A stretch of DNA of 45,326 bases, taken from the NCBI RefSeq assembly GCF_004010195.1, contig NW_025215381.1, positions 1,652,873 to 1,698,198 of the forward strand. The letters run 5' to 3'. This DNA is from Chiloscyllium plagiosum (taxonomy: Eukaryota). Of the stretch, positions 24,273 to 37,194 are shown one piece after another. The first letter of the stretch is position 1. Each line of letters starts with the position of its first letter. Below the pieces are notes generated by a model. It was not told the origin of the DNA. It saw only the letters and a list, made by a program, of their open reading frames with translations, and did not search any database. A program made the position numbers and the translations under genes.

Positions 24273-27010
24273 AGAACATAGAACATTACAGCGCAGTACA
24301 GGCCCTTCACCCCTCCGTATTGCGCCGACCTGTGAAATTAATCTGATGCCGATCTAACCTACACCATTCCATTATTATCCATACGTATGTCCAATGCCCA
24401 TTTAAATGCCCTTAACATCGGCGAGTCTACTACTGTTGCAGGCAGTGCATTCCACGCCCCTACTACTGAGTAAAGAAACTAACCCTGAGATCTGTCCTAA
24501 ATCTATCGACCCTCAATTTAAAGCCTTGTGTTAACCTTCACCATCTGAAGTAAAAGGCTCTTTATGGACTTCAGTAAGGTGTTCGACAAGGTTCCCCATG
24601 GGAGACTGATTAGCAAGGTTAGAGCTCATGGAATACAGGGAGAACGAGCCATTTGGATACAGAGCTGGCTCAAAGATAGAACACAGAGGGTGGGTGGTGG
24701 AGGGTTGTTTGTCAGACTGGAGGCCTGTGACCAGTGGAGTGCCACAAGGATCGGTGCTGGGCCCATTTACTTTTTGTCATTTACATAAATGATTTGGATG
24801 CGAGCATAAGAGGTACAGTTAGTAAGTTTGCTGATGACACCAAAATTGGAGGTGTCGTGGACAGCGAAGAGGGTTACCTCAGATTACAACAGCATCTGGA
24901 CCAGATGGGCCAATGGGCTGAGAAGTGGCAGTTGGAGTTTAATTCAGATAAATGCGAAGTGCTGCATTTTGGGGAAAACAAATCTTAGCAGGACTTATAC
25001 ACTTAATGGTGAGGTCCTAGAGAGTGTTGCTGAACAAAGAGAGCTTGGAGTGCAGGTTCTTAGTTCCTTCAAAATGGAGTCGCAGGTCGATAGGATAGTG
25101 AAGAAGGCATTTGGTATGCTTTCCTTTATTGGTCAGAGTATTGAGTACAGGAGTTGGGAGGTCATGTTGCATCTGTACAGGACATTGGTTAGGCCACTGT
25201 TGGCACATTGCGTGCAATTCTGGTCTCCTTCCGATCGGAAAGATGTTGTGAAACTTGAAAGGGTTCAGAAAAGGAGGATTTGAGCGACAGGGAGAGGCTG
25301 AACAGGCTGGGGTTGTTTTCCCTGGAGCATCGGAGGCTGAGGGGTGACCTTATAGAGGTTTACAAAATTATGAGGGATATGGACAGGATAAATAGGCAAA
25401 GTCTTTTCTCTGGGGTTGGGGAGTCCAGAACTAGAGGGCATAGGTTTAGGGTGAGGGTGAAAGATATGAGAGACCTAAGGGGCAACTTTTTCACGCATTG
25501 GGTGGTATGTGTCTGGAATGAACTGCCAGAGGATTTGGTGGAGACTGGTACATTTGCAATATTTAAGAGGCATTTGGATGGGTATATGAATAGGAAGGGT
25601 TTGGAGGGATATGGGCCAGGTGCTGGCAGGTGGGACTAGATTGGGTTGGGATATCTGGTCGGCATGGACGGGTTGGACCGAAGGGTCTGTTTCCATTCTG
25701 CACATCTGACTCTCACTGTCCACCCTATCTAACTCTCTTCTACATCACAATTAAGTCATCTTCTTTTCTAATGGAAATAGCCTCCGTTCCCTCAGCCTTT
25801 CCCTCCTAAGTCCTTCCTTCCATCCCAGGCAACATCCTGGTAAATCTCCTCTGAACCCTTTGCAAAGGTTCCACATCCCTGCTATGTTGCAGTGACCAGA
25901 ACTGTACGCAGTATTCCAGGTGCAGCCTTACCAGTGCAATGTACAGCTGAAGCATGACCTTGTGGCTCAAAACCTCAAACCCCCTACAAATGAACACCAA
26001 TACACCATATACTGCCTTAACAATCCTATCCACCTGGGTGGTAACTTTCAGGAATTCGTGCACATTGATACCTAGATCTCTCTGTTCATCAACACTGCCA
26101 AGAATTTTACCATTAACCCAGTACTCTGCATTCCTGTTATTACTTCAGAAGTGAACTACCTCTCATGTTTCTGCATTAAACTCCATTTGCCACTTCTCAG
26201 CCCAGCTCTGCATCTTATCTATGTCCCTCTGTGAGCTACAACATCCTTCGCCACTATCCACAACTCTGCCTACCTTAGTGTCATCTGCAAATTTGCTAGC
26301 CCAAACTTGTATGCCCACATCCAGATCATTTATAAAAATGACAAACAGCAGTGGCCCAAAAATGGATCCTTGCGGCACACCACTGGTAACTGAGTTCCAC
26401 GATGGACGTATCCTGTCAACCACCACCCTCTGTCTTCTTTCAGCTAGCCAATTTATGATCTAAACCATGAAGTCACCTTCACCTCCAAAACTTTGTATAT
26501 TGCGCAGTAGCCTACGGTGTGGAACCTTACTGATATCAATATACACATCAACCGCTTTACCTACATCCACCTGCTTTGTCACCTTCTCAAAGAACTCACT
26601 AAGGTTAGTGAGACATGATCTATCCTTCACAAAACCGTGTTGACTATCCCTAATCAGAGACATCACAAATCCTGGCACCTGGGAGGCATCACACCAACCA
26701 TGAGTCTCGCTCATTCCCACAGAACCTCCTATCTGTCCCCCTAGCTATGGAATCCCCAATGACTAGAGCTCTGCTCCTCTTCCCCCTTCCCCTTTGAGAA
26801 ACAGGGACAGACTCTGCCCCAGTGACCTGTAGCCCATTGCTTGTCCCCCCAACAGTATCCAAAATGGTGTACTTGTTGAGGGGAACCACCACAGGAGATC
26901 CTTGCATTGCCTTTCCTACCCCTCACTATAACCCATCTACCTTCTTCATGTGGCTGTGGAGTAACTGCCTCTCTATAATCCCCTCCGCCTCTCGAATGAT
27001 TGTCATCTTC
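24273..27010 (-). mobile_element. CR1/HER1-like LINE (minus), internally deleted: 3' tail, RT and ORF1 esterase remnant, with a nested + CR1
   Basis: Tail agaacatagaacattacagcgcag. Minus ORFs give LVRLHLEYCVQFW, GVPQGSIFGPLLFVIFINDLD/KFADDTK and QHGFVKDRSCLTNL. Junction near 26660 leads to PLNKYTILDT and ALVIGDSIARGTDRRF (SGNH-type ORF1). Confidence 0.92.
24561..25712 (+). mobile_element. 5'-truncated CR1/HER1-like LINE nested in the minus CR1
   Basis: MDFSKVFDKVPHGRL, YINDLD, KFADDTK, LYRTLVRPLL, RLRGDLIEVYKI, VWNELP and a 3' UTR; several frameshifts. Confidence 0.95.
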
Positions 27011-27354
27011 CCAACTGATCTACAGAACCTTTTTTTGGTTAGAGAAGGATGATTGGTGGGAGACACTACCCATGTACTGTTTCAGGTAAAGCAACCGCCC
27101 AAATATGTGACCTTGTGACCTTGTCCAACCGCCTTCAGGAACTGAAGAATACCCGTCCTAAAAGTGATTTATTCTGTATAAAGTCCTATCCAATAGATTG
27201 AAATACGACGTCCAGGCTGATAAGCCTAATGTATAACTGAAGGCAGACTGCATTGTTAGGCCTTCTCTTTGGGGAGGCAAGTAATATCCACTCTGCACAA
27301 ATGCCTGTCAATGACTACCCCAACAAGAATGAATGTTGGTTAGGTTCTTTGGCA

Positions 27355-28795
27355 TTGCCATCATTGAATCATCCCACTGTCAACATACTGGGAGTTACCA
27401 TGGGCCAGAAACTGAATTGGATCAGCCATATGAATAAAATGGCTGCCAAAGGTCAGAGGCTGGGAATCAGCGAGTAACTTGCCTCCTGATAGCCTGTTCA
27501 TCATCCATAAGGTCCAAGTCAGTACATTGGACTACTCTGCTAGCGAGAAGCAATCATCCCAACATCCACAAACAAAGCTGCATATGAACACAATTTCAAC
27601 GAGCAACCACCACAAACTGCAGCACAGAGGAATTGCGCAGAGCAGAGAAAAATCACCCATAGTGTCTTCAAAAACAATGGGTACCCAATGAACATTAGTC
27701 TGCCGATTTTTCTCAGCAACAAACCCAAACAAGCAAACAAAACGTGTCCAGAAACCCTAGATACTCTCCCCTACATCAAAGACAACTGAAATGACTGCTA
27801 GAATACTCCGACCACTTGGCATCATGGTAGCCCACAAACCCAACACGCCAAAACAGCAGCTAATGAACTTGAAAGACCCCATATTGACAACAAGCAAAAC
27901 TAATGTCATTTACAAAATACATAGCAAGGACTATAACAAACACTACATTGGGCAAACAGGCAGAAAACTAGCCACCAGGATAGCCAACAGGATACATGAA
28001 CATCAACTAGCTACAAAACGACATGACTCCCTCTCACTAATATCCTTACATACAGATAAGGAAGGACACCACTTCAACTGGGACCACACACCCATCCTGG
28101 GACAAGCCAAACAAAGACACGCACAAGAATTCCTAGAAGCATGGCATTCCAACTGGAACTCTTATCAACAAACACATTGACTTGGATCCCATTTACCACC
28201 CCCTGAGAAAAAGAACAGGAAATGCCATCACCACAACAAAGAAATGCAAACATATAAATAGAAAGCAGGAAACATCAGTGCTTTGTCCGGAGGCTCACTG
28301 AAGATGTTAACTAGTATGGTGACAAAACGTCTGAAAATGAACCTTCCATCTCAGTGAGCAAACCTATGTCCAGTACTCTCTGCTAGCCTGGATGAGTGCA
28401 GCTGCAACAATACTTGGGAAGCTTGACACCATCCTGGACAAAGCAGCCCACGTGATTGGCAACAGATCCACAAATATCCACTCCCTTCACCACCAGTGCT
28501 CAGCTGCATTATGTACCATCTACAAGCAAGAACTCACCAAGGCTCCTTCAACAGACACTTCCCGACCCACGACCTCTACTATCGCGAAGGGCAAGGGTGG
28601 CAATACATGGAGCCACCATCACCTGCAAGTTTCTGTCCAAGCCTCACACCATCCTGACTTGGAAATATATCACCATTCCTTCTGTCGAGATCCTGGAACT
28701 CCCCCATACCAACTATTTTGGCTGGCCGAATGCCCCAAATGTTGTAGCGGTTTGTGAAAGCTCCTGAGGGACATGTGATGTTGGAAATAAATACC
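27355..28795 (+). mobile_element. Old CR1/L2-group LINE 3' fragment split by a PLE
   Basis: ILGVTMGQKLNWISHMNKMAAKGQRLGI before the PLE and LDTILDKAAHVIG...IHSLHH after it. Confidence 0.7.
27545..28373 (+). mobile_element. 5'-truncated Penelope-like element (family B) with GIY-YIG endonuclease and terminal repeat
   Basis: ORF 27791-28180 has NVIYKI...HYIGQTGRKLATRI..EH. TSD CTCTGCTAGC at 27535-27544 and 28378-28387. Hammerhead motif at 28298-28331 with GAAA changed to AAAA. Confidence 0.93.
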
Positions 28796-29039
28796 AGTTC
28801 AAGTGGTTAAAATTAAGGAAGGTATTTATCTGCTGATCATGCTCAAGTTGGTTTGGTTCTCGCTGTACCTACATTGGTTGTCCCTTTTTCCTACATTACA
28901 ACTATGACTGCATTTCAATGAAAGGAGTGCATTGGGTTTTGAGATGTCTTGTGATTGTAAAATAAACGCAAGTCTTTCATTCTTGCTAATTGTCTGAAGA
29001 AGCTTGTGCTTTCTCGTTTGGAATTGACTCCCTGCCTTG

Positions 29040-29385
29040 ATCCCAGAATCCTGAATCCCTTGTGCCTAAAAGCAATAGATCAATCTACAACTGACTCCCA
29101 CTTCAACAGCCTCAACTGAGGCTTTGAGGTTCTGCTGACACCCAACTTGAAGAAATAGTTTCCCTTCTTCAAGCCTTTTAAAAAAATTTTTAAATCATCT
29201 CCAACCCTTCACAATCATTCCTTAATAATCTAAACTGGTAATACAAGCAGAATCTGTGCAACCTAACCTCTCAATTTAATTCTTTGAATTCCCACATCAT
29301 TCTGGTGAATCTGCACTGTTCCCTCTCAAAGGCCGATACCTCCCCCTGAGAAGTAGACCCCCAAGCTAAACTGAACAATATTTCC
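29040..29385 (-). mobile_element. Very old CR1 3' fragment
   Basis: tcattctggtgaatctgcactgttccctctcaaaggcc (minus strand ALE..QCRFTRM) and gaagaaatagtttccc. Confidence 0.5.
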
Positions 29386-29637
29386 TTACTGTAATGATGC
29401 TGTTTAAGTGCAGTGTGCTGGCCCTTTAAGATGGCTATGCAGCTTAGTAACGGAGATGTTTGTGCGTGGCCTGAGAGTTACACAGGGCAGTTCGTTCCAG
29501 AAAGTTTTAAGGAAGCAGTGTTCCAGAGAGGCTAATTGGTGCTTAATACAACTTTTTGTTTTAAATGTTTTGTTCTGTCAGTTGAGTTTTGAACAGAGTT
29601 ATAATGAAAAGCTTTGACATGTTCCTTTCTACTTTGA

Positions 29638-29871
<234 letters not shown>

Positions 29872-31769
29872 CAGTGCCCGTTTCTTCCTTCTGCCCTTAC
29901 CCCCACCCCAAACCCAGGAGCAAAGGACAAGCCTGTTCGCTTGCGACCTTTGAACTCCAGAGACTCAATCTTTGGGCTTGTAGGACATCAGGTCTCTGCA
30001 CGGGACCTGAAGTAGCCCTGATTGTAAAACACTTGGGGAAACCCCCTGACGACAAACCCACCCCCAAAATTCAATCACTCCCACCCCTTGCTTCATCAAT
30101 TCTAACTTCCTTGCCCCTGTTCCCTCCATTGAGCCCTTCATTGTTTCCTATACTCTGAAACAGAATAAGCCTTCAGAAAACATTCATCAGTCAGCAAGTA
30201 TAAAGCCCAGGCTAACAGAGGACTGACAAATGATCTCTGCATCATGTCACGCTGAACTAACCAATCAATGATGGACAAAACAGTGCAAGCAAATGGTGGA
30301 AAGCATGTCCATTGACCAGCCAGTTCATGGTCACCCATAGAGGATGAAGATCGGCCTTCGCTGGTGCTCAGTGTTTGACACGTTTTGCTACTGAGTCAAA
30401 CAATAAGCGCAAGAGCCTTGGTTGTTCATTGATGACCGAAGAACTGGAGAGCTACAGAAGATAGCAAGGCCAGCTCCTCTGTTAGGGACAACATGTCGCT
30501 GACTCTGGCCCAACCCACACAGGAAAAAACACTCCAATGATCTCGCCATCCCTATCTCCTTCCTCCCCCACCCCACAACCACCCTGCCAATTGAAAATCC
30601 AGAATGGTCTAAACCCTTACCCCTGCATCCCATATTACCCCAGTGTCTGTCGTGACTCAGGCCTGTCACTGACTTGGGCAAGTTGGCAGCTGAAGTGGTA
30701 TCAAATGTGAGGTGTGCATGAGAACTGGGCATCAAGTAATAGTGAGAGCAGTGTATACAAGGGGGTAAGATCAGATTTTAGGGTGCCAACAGTAGGAGGG
30801 CTGGACATGGGGTGCCACCACCTAGTCAGGGAATGAGAGAGAGAGAGAAAGAAAGAAGAGTGACTCCCTCCAATCAATAACCGCTTCAGCCAGTGTTGTA
30901 CTGGTGATCATGGGAAACAGTCACTGATAGAGAATGTTCTATCCAAAATTCACCTCCCTCAGGGAAATAAAAGGTTTTGGAAGATGAAGTGGAGAAATAA
31001 TGCCACAGTAGACAATGTCCTGGGAGTGGGACGGTGTAGAGGGAGTTTTAGTTTAAGCATAGAGGAAATTTTATTCTATTTAACCCATGCTGTACTTGTC
31101 CTGGGAATGTTTGAGGATACTATCAAAGAAGCTTTCAAAAAAAAAAGGAATCTTTAACTAACTCTGTGCTATTCATGTCTTGGGAGTATTCACAAATTCT
31201 GTGAGGAAGCATGTGTTCTTGTCCTCAGTCAGCAAGGCAGCTTTTGCTGTCATGGGGGACAGAGTTGTGAAACAGTTGGCCTTGGTAATCAAGGCAATAA
31301 TGAATAAAATCCACCTGGGTGTCCAGTCTGTTATACTATCCTGTGAACCCTGATCACTTGCTCCACTGTTGTGTGTGAGAGCTGCTTTAGCCAAGGCAAG
31401 ATTGACACTGCACTGTGGCCAGGACATTTGGGAATCCATCCTACCTCGTAGCCCAATCTTCAGGGATTGGTCAAAGCTTCTTTGGTGTAAATGTCAGGTT
31501 TTGTTTCTTGCTGTAGGCCTGTCAAGGGTTTGTCTAATCTGCCACGTGTTTATCTGTCTTACCATTAGAATCTCCTTTTTTTTCCCCTATGTATGCAGCT
31601 GTCTGTGTCAATATGTGGTTGTTGATGTCTGACTGTATGAAGCATACATCTATGAGTTTGTTTGACTCTGGTCGTCTATGTGCACCTGTCTATCTCTGCC
31701 CATCACTCTTTGTATCTGTGTGTCTTTTTCAGTCTGTCCAATTATGTACCTGCACGCTTCTCTCCATTT

Positions 31770-31992
31770 AATTAGTGACCATAACAGTGATTGCCAACTG
31801 CTCTAAAATCCATTTGGTTCACTAACTGCTCTTTAGAGTGGGAAATCTGCTGTCCTTACCTGGTCAGGCCTATATGTAACTCCACCGCAATGAGGTTGGC
31901 TCTCGATGCCCTCTTAACTGGCTGAGCAAGGCAGTTAGGGAAGGGCAACGAATGCTGGCAGTGCCCAGCAACATCCACATCCCATCAAGGAG
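31770..31992 (+). mobile_element. Ancient SINE family copy (AmnSINE2-like by recall)
   Basis: ccatttggttcactaa...ggaaatctgctgtccttacctggtcaggcctatatgtaactcc, shared with 32730-33065, 37195-37540 and 43858-44120. Confidence 0.7.
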
Positions 31993-32729
31993 TTAGGACA
32001 TTAGTTACACATTGTATTATCAGATGATGAATACATGTGCATCAACGTGCTGGAGAAACATGACCCCAGATAAAAAGCCCACCTATCTTGGGTGTGTCTC
32101 ATGATATGAGACATGAACTGGGCTGGTCCCAGGCTGAGCGAACTTTGCCCTCGCTTCATCGCCTCTAGTACATTAGGACATCACTACGCTGCTGATCTGT
32201 GACTTTTCAAATAAAACAGAATCAACCAACCTATTCATTGCCCAGTAATTTACTGCTGTGTTTACCCCAAGCCCTGGTTGATGAATTCCATCTGACATTT
32301 GACTGGACATTTTATTAAATTACAATGAATTTTTGAGCTCCCCCTTTCTGTAGGTCCTACCTTAATGCTTCCCATCATTACTTGCTGCCCTGAACTGGTG
32401 CACTTATTCAACCCGTCTTTATCTATGCCAGCTATTCTACATGAGATGGTGCAACTAGTCCCATCTGGTCATCTATGCTTTGCATTCATTAGCAACAACA
32501 AACCCACAGGCTTATTCTGCTACAGCCCTAATCCTAAATCTCTCTCATTTGCTGGTGCTGGTCCACACTTGCCTTGTATACCTCCATCTTGAGATCCAGA
32601 ATGAGCAGTGCATTCATTTCCAATGGTTGGTCTCTAAACTGGTTATCTCCCCTTGCAGGCCAACTGTAACCCCACAGGTTAATTCCTGGTGGGATAGTGA
32701 AAACTAGCAGAGCGGTTATAATAGGTACA

Positions 32730-33065
32730 AATGTTTGGCAGACAGATGTTCTAATCCTGACATGGCTACTAGATGGGGCTGATTTAAATTTGATTAATTA
32801 AATAAATATCCAGCATAAATAGCTAAGGCTCAGTGACCATGAAACTACCAGATTGTCCAAAAAAATCTGAATGTCTGTTATCTCCTTCACCTGCAGGGAA
32901 ATCTGCCTTTACCTAGTCTAGCTGAAGTGGGACTCCAGACCCATAACAATTTGACTGACACTTAACATCTAAAGTACCATTCAATTAGGGAACCTTCTCA
33001 ATTGTGTATAGGATTTAGGACATGAAGTGTTGGCCTTTATCAGTGATGCCTGTATTCTGCAGCAT
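32730..33065 (+). mobile_element. Ancient SINE family copy
   Basis: gtgaccatgaaactaccagattgtc...gggaaatctgcctttacctagtctag...gactccagaccc. Confidence 0.65.
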
Positions 33066-33094
33066 TGAAGGTATTGGCTAACTCTACATTGTTG

Positions 33095-33325
33095 GAGAAA
33101 GTGAGGATTGCAGATGCTGGAGATCAGAGCTGAAAATGTGTTGCTGGAAAAGCGCAGCAGGTCAGGCAGTATCCAAGGAGCAGGAGAATCGACGTTTCGG
33201 GCATAAGCCCTTCTCCTGCTGACCTTCCTCATTCCTGAAGAAGAACTTATGCCCAAAACGTCGATTCTCCTGCTCCTTTGATGCTGCCTGACCTGCTGCG
33301 CTTTTCCAGCAACACATTTTCAGCT
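33095..33325. mobile_element. PLE-derived fold-back element (family A) with 17-bp TSD
   Basis: CTAACTCTACA(T/C)TGTTG at 33078-33094 and 33326-33342. Arms at about 33126-33214 and 33239-33327; damaged hammerhead motifs flank the loop. Confidence 0.92.
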
Positions 33326-35221
33326 CTAACTCTACACTGTTGCCAAGCTGGTTCTTTAAGCCCCAATTGAGCTTGGTCCTGACCGAGGCCTTTCAGGGTT
33401 CAAGCCTTACGTTTCACAGCTCTCCTGTCCCTCTAAAATTCCTGAGACTTCTTAAGTGTCTCCTCCCTCCCCTTCTCTCTGTTTCTCTCTCAGACCAGGA
33501 TGACACAATCTTCAGGTCTAGTTATGAAGGTTAATTATCAGTATTTGAAATGTCAATAAGAACCCTGGCCTGGGGGAGACTATAATCAGTGAGATGTGAT
33601 AACAAAATGATGGGTAACTCGCTAGTATTAGGTAATAGGGAGAGGTTGAGATCTCTTTTATAACAGGTTCCAATTTTCCAATATCTCACGCCTGCACCAA
33701 CCAAAGACAATTGCATTATTTAAATATATATATATATCTGTATATACAAAATGTATTTACATGTGAATACTTATCGAGAGCCAGGGTCTCTGGCAACAAA
33801 CAGAGCATTCTTCTGATCACTTTACGTCCACATCAACTCTTTCCTCATCAAGGGTTGGAGTTCTCCTGCCACCACCTCTTCACTTTTTAATAATCCAAAC
33901 TTGAATCCTGTGTTTGGAAGTCATCAGGAATCATTAATTGTGTTCCCCATTGGGTCTAGTTGGTAAATCTATGGATTATGAATTGTGGTATTTATCAACT
34001 CTAGCTGTTCGTATTTCTCTGCCACAAGCAGTTGGCTAATACTTGAGATTCATGGGGAAAAAATAGGAAACTAATTGGGGGTGGTTGAGATTGAGGGCAA
34101 AGAGAATGAGAAAACCCAGTGGGGTGCAAATACAGTGGTAGTCATCTAGATCTATTCAATCACGACAGATGAATAAATGTGACCGAAGGGGAATGGATGC
34201 ATTTTATCTGAAGTATATCATTACCTTTCATCTCCATCTGGTGGGGGGAGGGGGCTACAAATCTGGTGTCAAGTGGGAAGAAAGTAAGATCCCTGTACCT
34301 GGAGCACCCCTCGCCTTGGCCTTCTCCAGCCTGTGAATAGATCTTTTACATTGTTCACCCAGAGAAAAATACTTTAGTTGGCCAACAGGTTTGGTCTTGG
34401 TTCTGTTGCTAAGCAACCCTATCTGAACTAAATTGCAAGAATTTTTAAAAATCTGTCAAGCTGTATCACAAAACCTCAACAAGAAAAAATCATGTAGCCG
34501 ATGAACTTTTGAGTAGAGTTTTAATGATTGTGGTTGCAAAACGAAAATTGTATGTGACAAACTTATACAGTCATTCCAATTATTTATTTTTAATTTATTC
34601 TCATATAAATGGAGCAAGGTTCATTGATTCCTTCATTAAGCCTGTGTAGTTTGTGCTTGTATGTGTGTTTCCTGGCCTTCAGTATGTCATGGGCCTGATT
34701 TTATCAGTTACAATGTCTAATCAGAGGGGAAGCCACGGTAATGGGGAGTAGTTGGGAGGGATTATTCAACAAGGGAGGACTAGAGATCAACACCTGCTTG
34801 GGTCCAAACTACACAAGTCCTGCATTCAAGACTTAGCAGCATGATGCATTCAGATGGGAAGTGTTGACTCAAAGCCACAATCCAAACAAAACTTAAGAAT
34901 GCACTTGAGGATAGGAAACATGCATCTTACAAAAGGTTTTAAACATTAAGCCCAAATCACATCCCACTTTGCAAGCCAGAGATCCAACCTCCTCTCTGGA
35001 GGCAAAGTGAGACTTTCAGTCAATTTTGCACCAAATATTAAAACAGCAGATTAAAGCTCATCTTACTGTTTGATTTGGTCAATGAGGAAGCAGTGGAGTT
35101 CCTGCTGGGAGGCTTGACAACCAGAAAGAAGTAACGGTAGCATTTGTGAATGGGACATCTAGTCTTCGTATACCTCAAATTAGGGCCTCAACATGAACAC
35201 ACTCAGTACTTCCAAGTACAA

Positions 35222-35409
35222 CTGTTGTTTGTCTTGTTGGGGATTAAGTCCTCCTTTGAACTGCTATTGCAAGCTGTCGTGGTGACTAATGTCAAAGCTG
35301 CATGGTTTAGATTAGATTTTTTTCTGTTGTTTGTCTTGTTGGGGATTAAGTCCTCCTTTGAACTGCTATTGCAAGCTGTCGTGGTGACTAATGTCAAAGC
35401 TGCATGGTT
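35222..35409. repeat. 86-bp direct duplication with 16-nt spacer
   Basis: 35222-35307 equals 35324-35409; spacer TAGATTAGATTTTTTT. Confidence 0.95.
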
Positions 35410-35839
35410 CTTAGATGTCATCAGTTCTACCTAACCGGTTTAACTTTCAAAATCTGGGAAGCTCAGAACACTGTACCCCTTCCTATGTCAGTAATGTCCA
35501 GCCTCTACAACTCTCCTCTGTAACTTCCTCTTGCATCTCTAAAGCCTTGTCAGGAACCAATTATATTTTCACTCTTCAATAGACCATGCACAATAAGCCC
35601 CAGTTGCAGATTATTTGTTAACCATTATCACTGAAGATAATGTGGATCAGACTTTCCTGAAGCAAACAAGAGATTGCTGCCTTAGCTGCAAGGTGCATTT
35701 TAATGCCTTGCCAACCTCTGCCCTGACTAAATCCAAGGCAGGAATGTTCTGCTTTTGACCCTTTAAATTAGCATTCAGTTTCCGTATCGAGGCTTGATCC
35801 AGCCGTGGGTAGGGTCTCACCTGCTGGAGAAGCCAGTCA

Positions 35840-36036
35840 CATCATGTGGGTTTCCTCTGGGTGCTCCAGTTTCTTCCCACCATCCAAACGATGTGTAGGT
35901 TAGGTGCATTAAGTGGGGTAAATATAGAGTAATGAGGAATGGGTTTGGTTGGGATACTCTTTGGAAAGTCAGTGTGGACTTGTTGGGCCGAAGGGCCTGT
36001 TTCCACACTGTAGGGATTCCAATTCAATTCTAATTC
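35840..36036 (+). mobile_element. HE1-type SINE 3' part
   Basis: gtgggtttcctctgggtgctccagtttc...gtggacttgttgggccgaagggcctgtttccacactgtag. Confidence 0.85.
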
Positions 36037-36424
36037 TCTACAACTCTGTGTAACCTCCCGTAGCATCTACAACCTCATTATCTCTAAAAGTCTTGTCACA
36101 CTCCATGATTCTTTATCTCTGTGCCCTCCCCCAGTACTTGCAATCCTGTATCTCAGTAATTTCCCCCCTCCCCACACACATACATAGTTGATATGACCAT
36201 CCCAAATCTAGCCACATTCAACCCCAACACTCACCTCTTTGTAACCACCTTCAACCCCTACACCTTTCCCTATCTCAGCCCTCTGAGGGTGTCTGTGCTC
36301 TTCCAATTCCGGCCTCTTATCAACTGCCTGGGCCTCAAGCTGTGCAAGTCACTCCATAAAACATTTCTTCCCTACTCTTTGTGTCCCCTCCTTTTCACTC
36401 ATTTCAGAATATCTTCCCAAATGT

Positions 36425-37055
36425 CATAAATGTTGTAATCTTACTCTACTACTTGCTCTGGTGGCATGTTCCGCATATACACTGTGAAAATGTGGCTCCT
36501 TGGGTCCCTTTTAAATCTTGCACTTTTAACCTTTAAGTTTTGAAATCTCCCTTTCCACTACTGAAAAGAACCTTGGTTATTCACCTTATTTATGCCCCTC
36601 TTGATTTATAAACCTCTAAGGTCACCCATCAGCCTTCTATGCTCCCGTGAAAAAGGGTTTCCAGCTTCTTATAACGCAAACCCTCTAGTCCCAGTAATAT
36701 CCTTGTAATTTTTCTTTATATCCTTTCCATTTTAGTAACACCCTTCCTACAGCAGGGTGACCAGAATTGTATGCAGTGCTCCAAATGTGGCCTTACCAAT
36801 GTCTTGTAGAGCTGTGACGTTAAGTACTAACTAAGGGTTGGGATATCTGGTTGGCATGGACAGGTTGGATCGTCATCTCTATGAACTCCTGATCCTGAAG
36901 CTCTGACCAGTGAAGGCAACTGTGCCAAATACCATCTCCACCAAACTTTCTACTTGTGATACCACTTTCAAGGAACTATATGTCTGCACTCCTAGGTCTC
37001 TCTGTTCCACAGCCCTACCTTTATCTGTGTAAGTCCTGTCCCAGTTTGTCTTACT
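36425..37055 (-). mobile_element. Decayed CR1 3' fragment (minus), with a short + CR1 tail at about 36833-36885
   Basis: ttttataaacctctaaggtcaccc and gaccagaattgtatgcagtgctccaaatgtggccttacc (minus strand LVRPHLE.C.QFW). Confidence 0.82.
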
Positions 37056-37194
37056 AACTAACTAGTCTGGTTATGGCCTCAATTCCACTTCCTTGCTGTT
37101 CCCTCATCGATCGAGAGTCAGTCAGACCCCACCTTAAGTAAATTCAATAAATTGCTCTCCTTTCCATTCAGACCTCATAGAGAGTCCTTGTACT

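Larger units (their letters stand above)
29872..34680 (+). other. Probable long NYAP1 3' UTR (end uncertain)
   Basis: Follows the stop codon and is poorer in young LINEs than the introns. Several AATAAA hexamers (e.g. 30966, 34172), AU-rich blocks near 33710-33770 and 34580-34600, and a GU-rich tract near 34642-34670. Confidence 0.4.

Noticed and set aside
35150..35434. ORFs with an internal peptide repeat
   Set aside because: A by-product of the 102-bp-period duplication.
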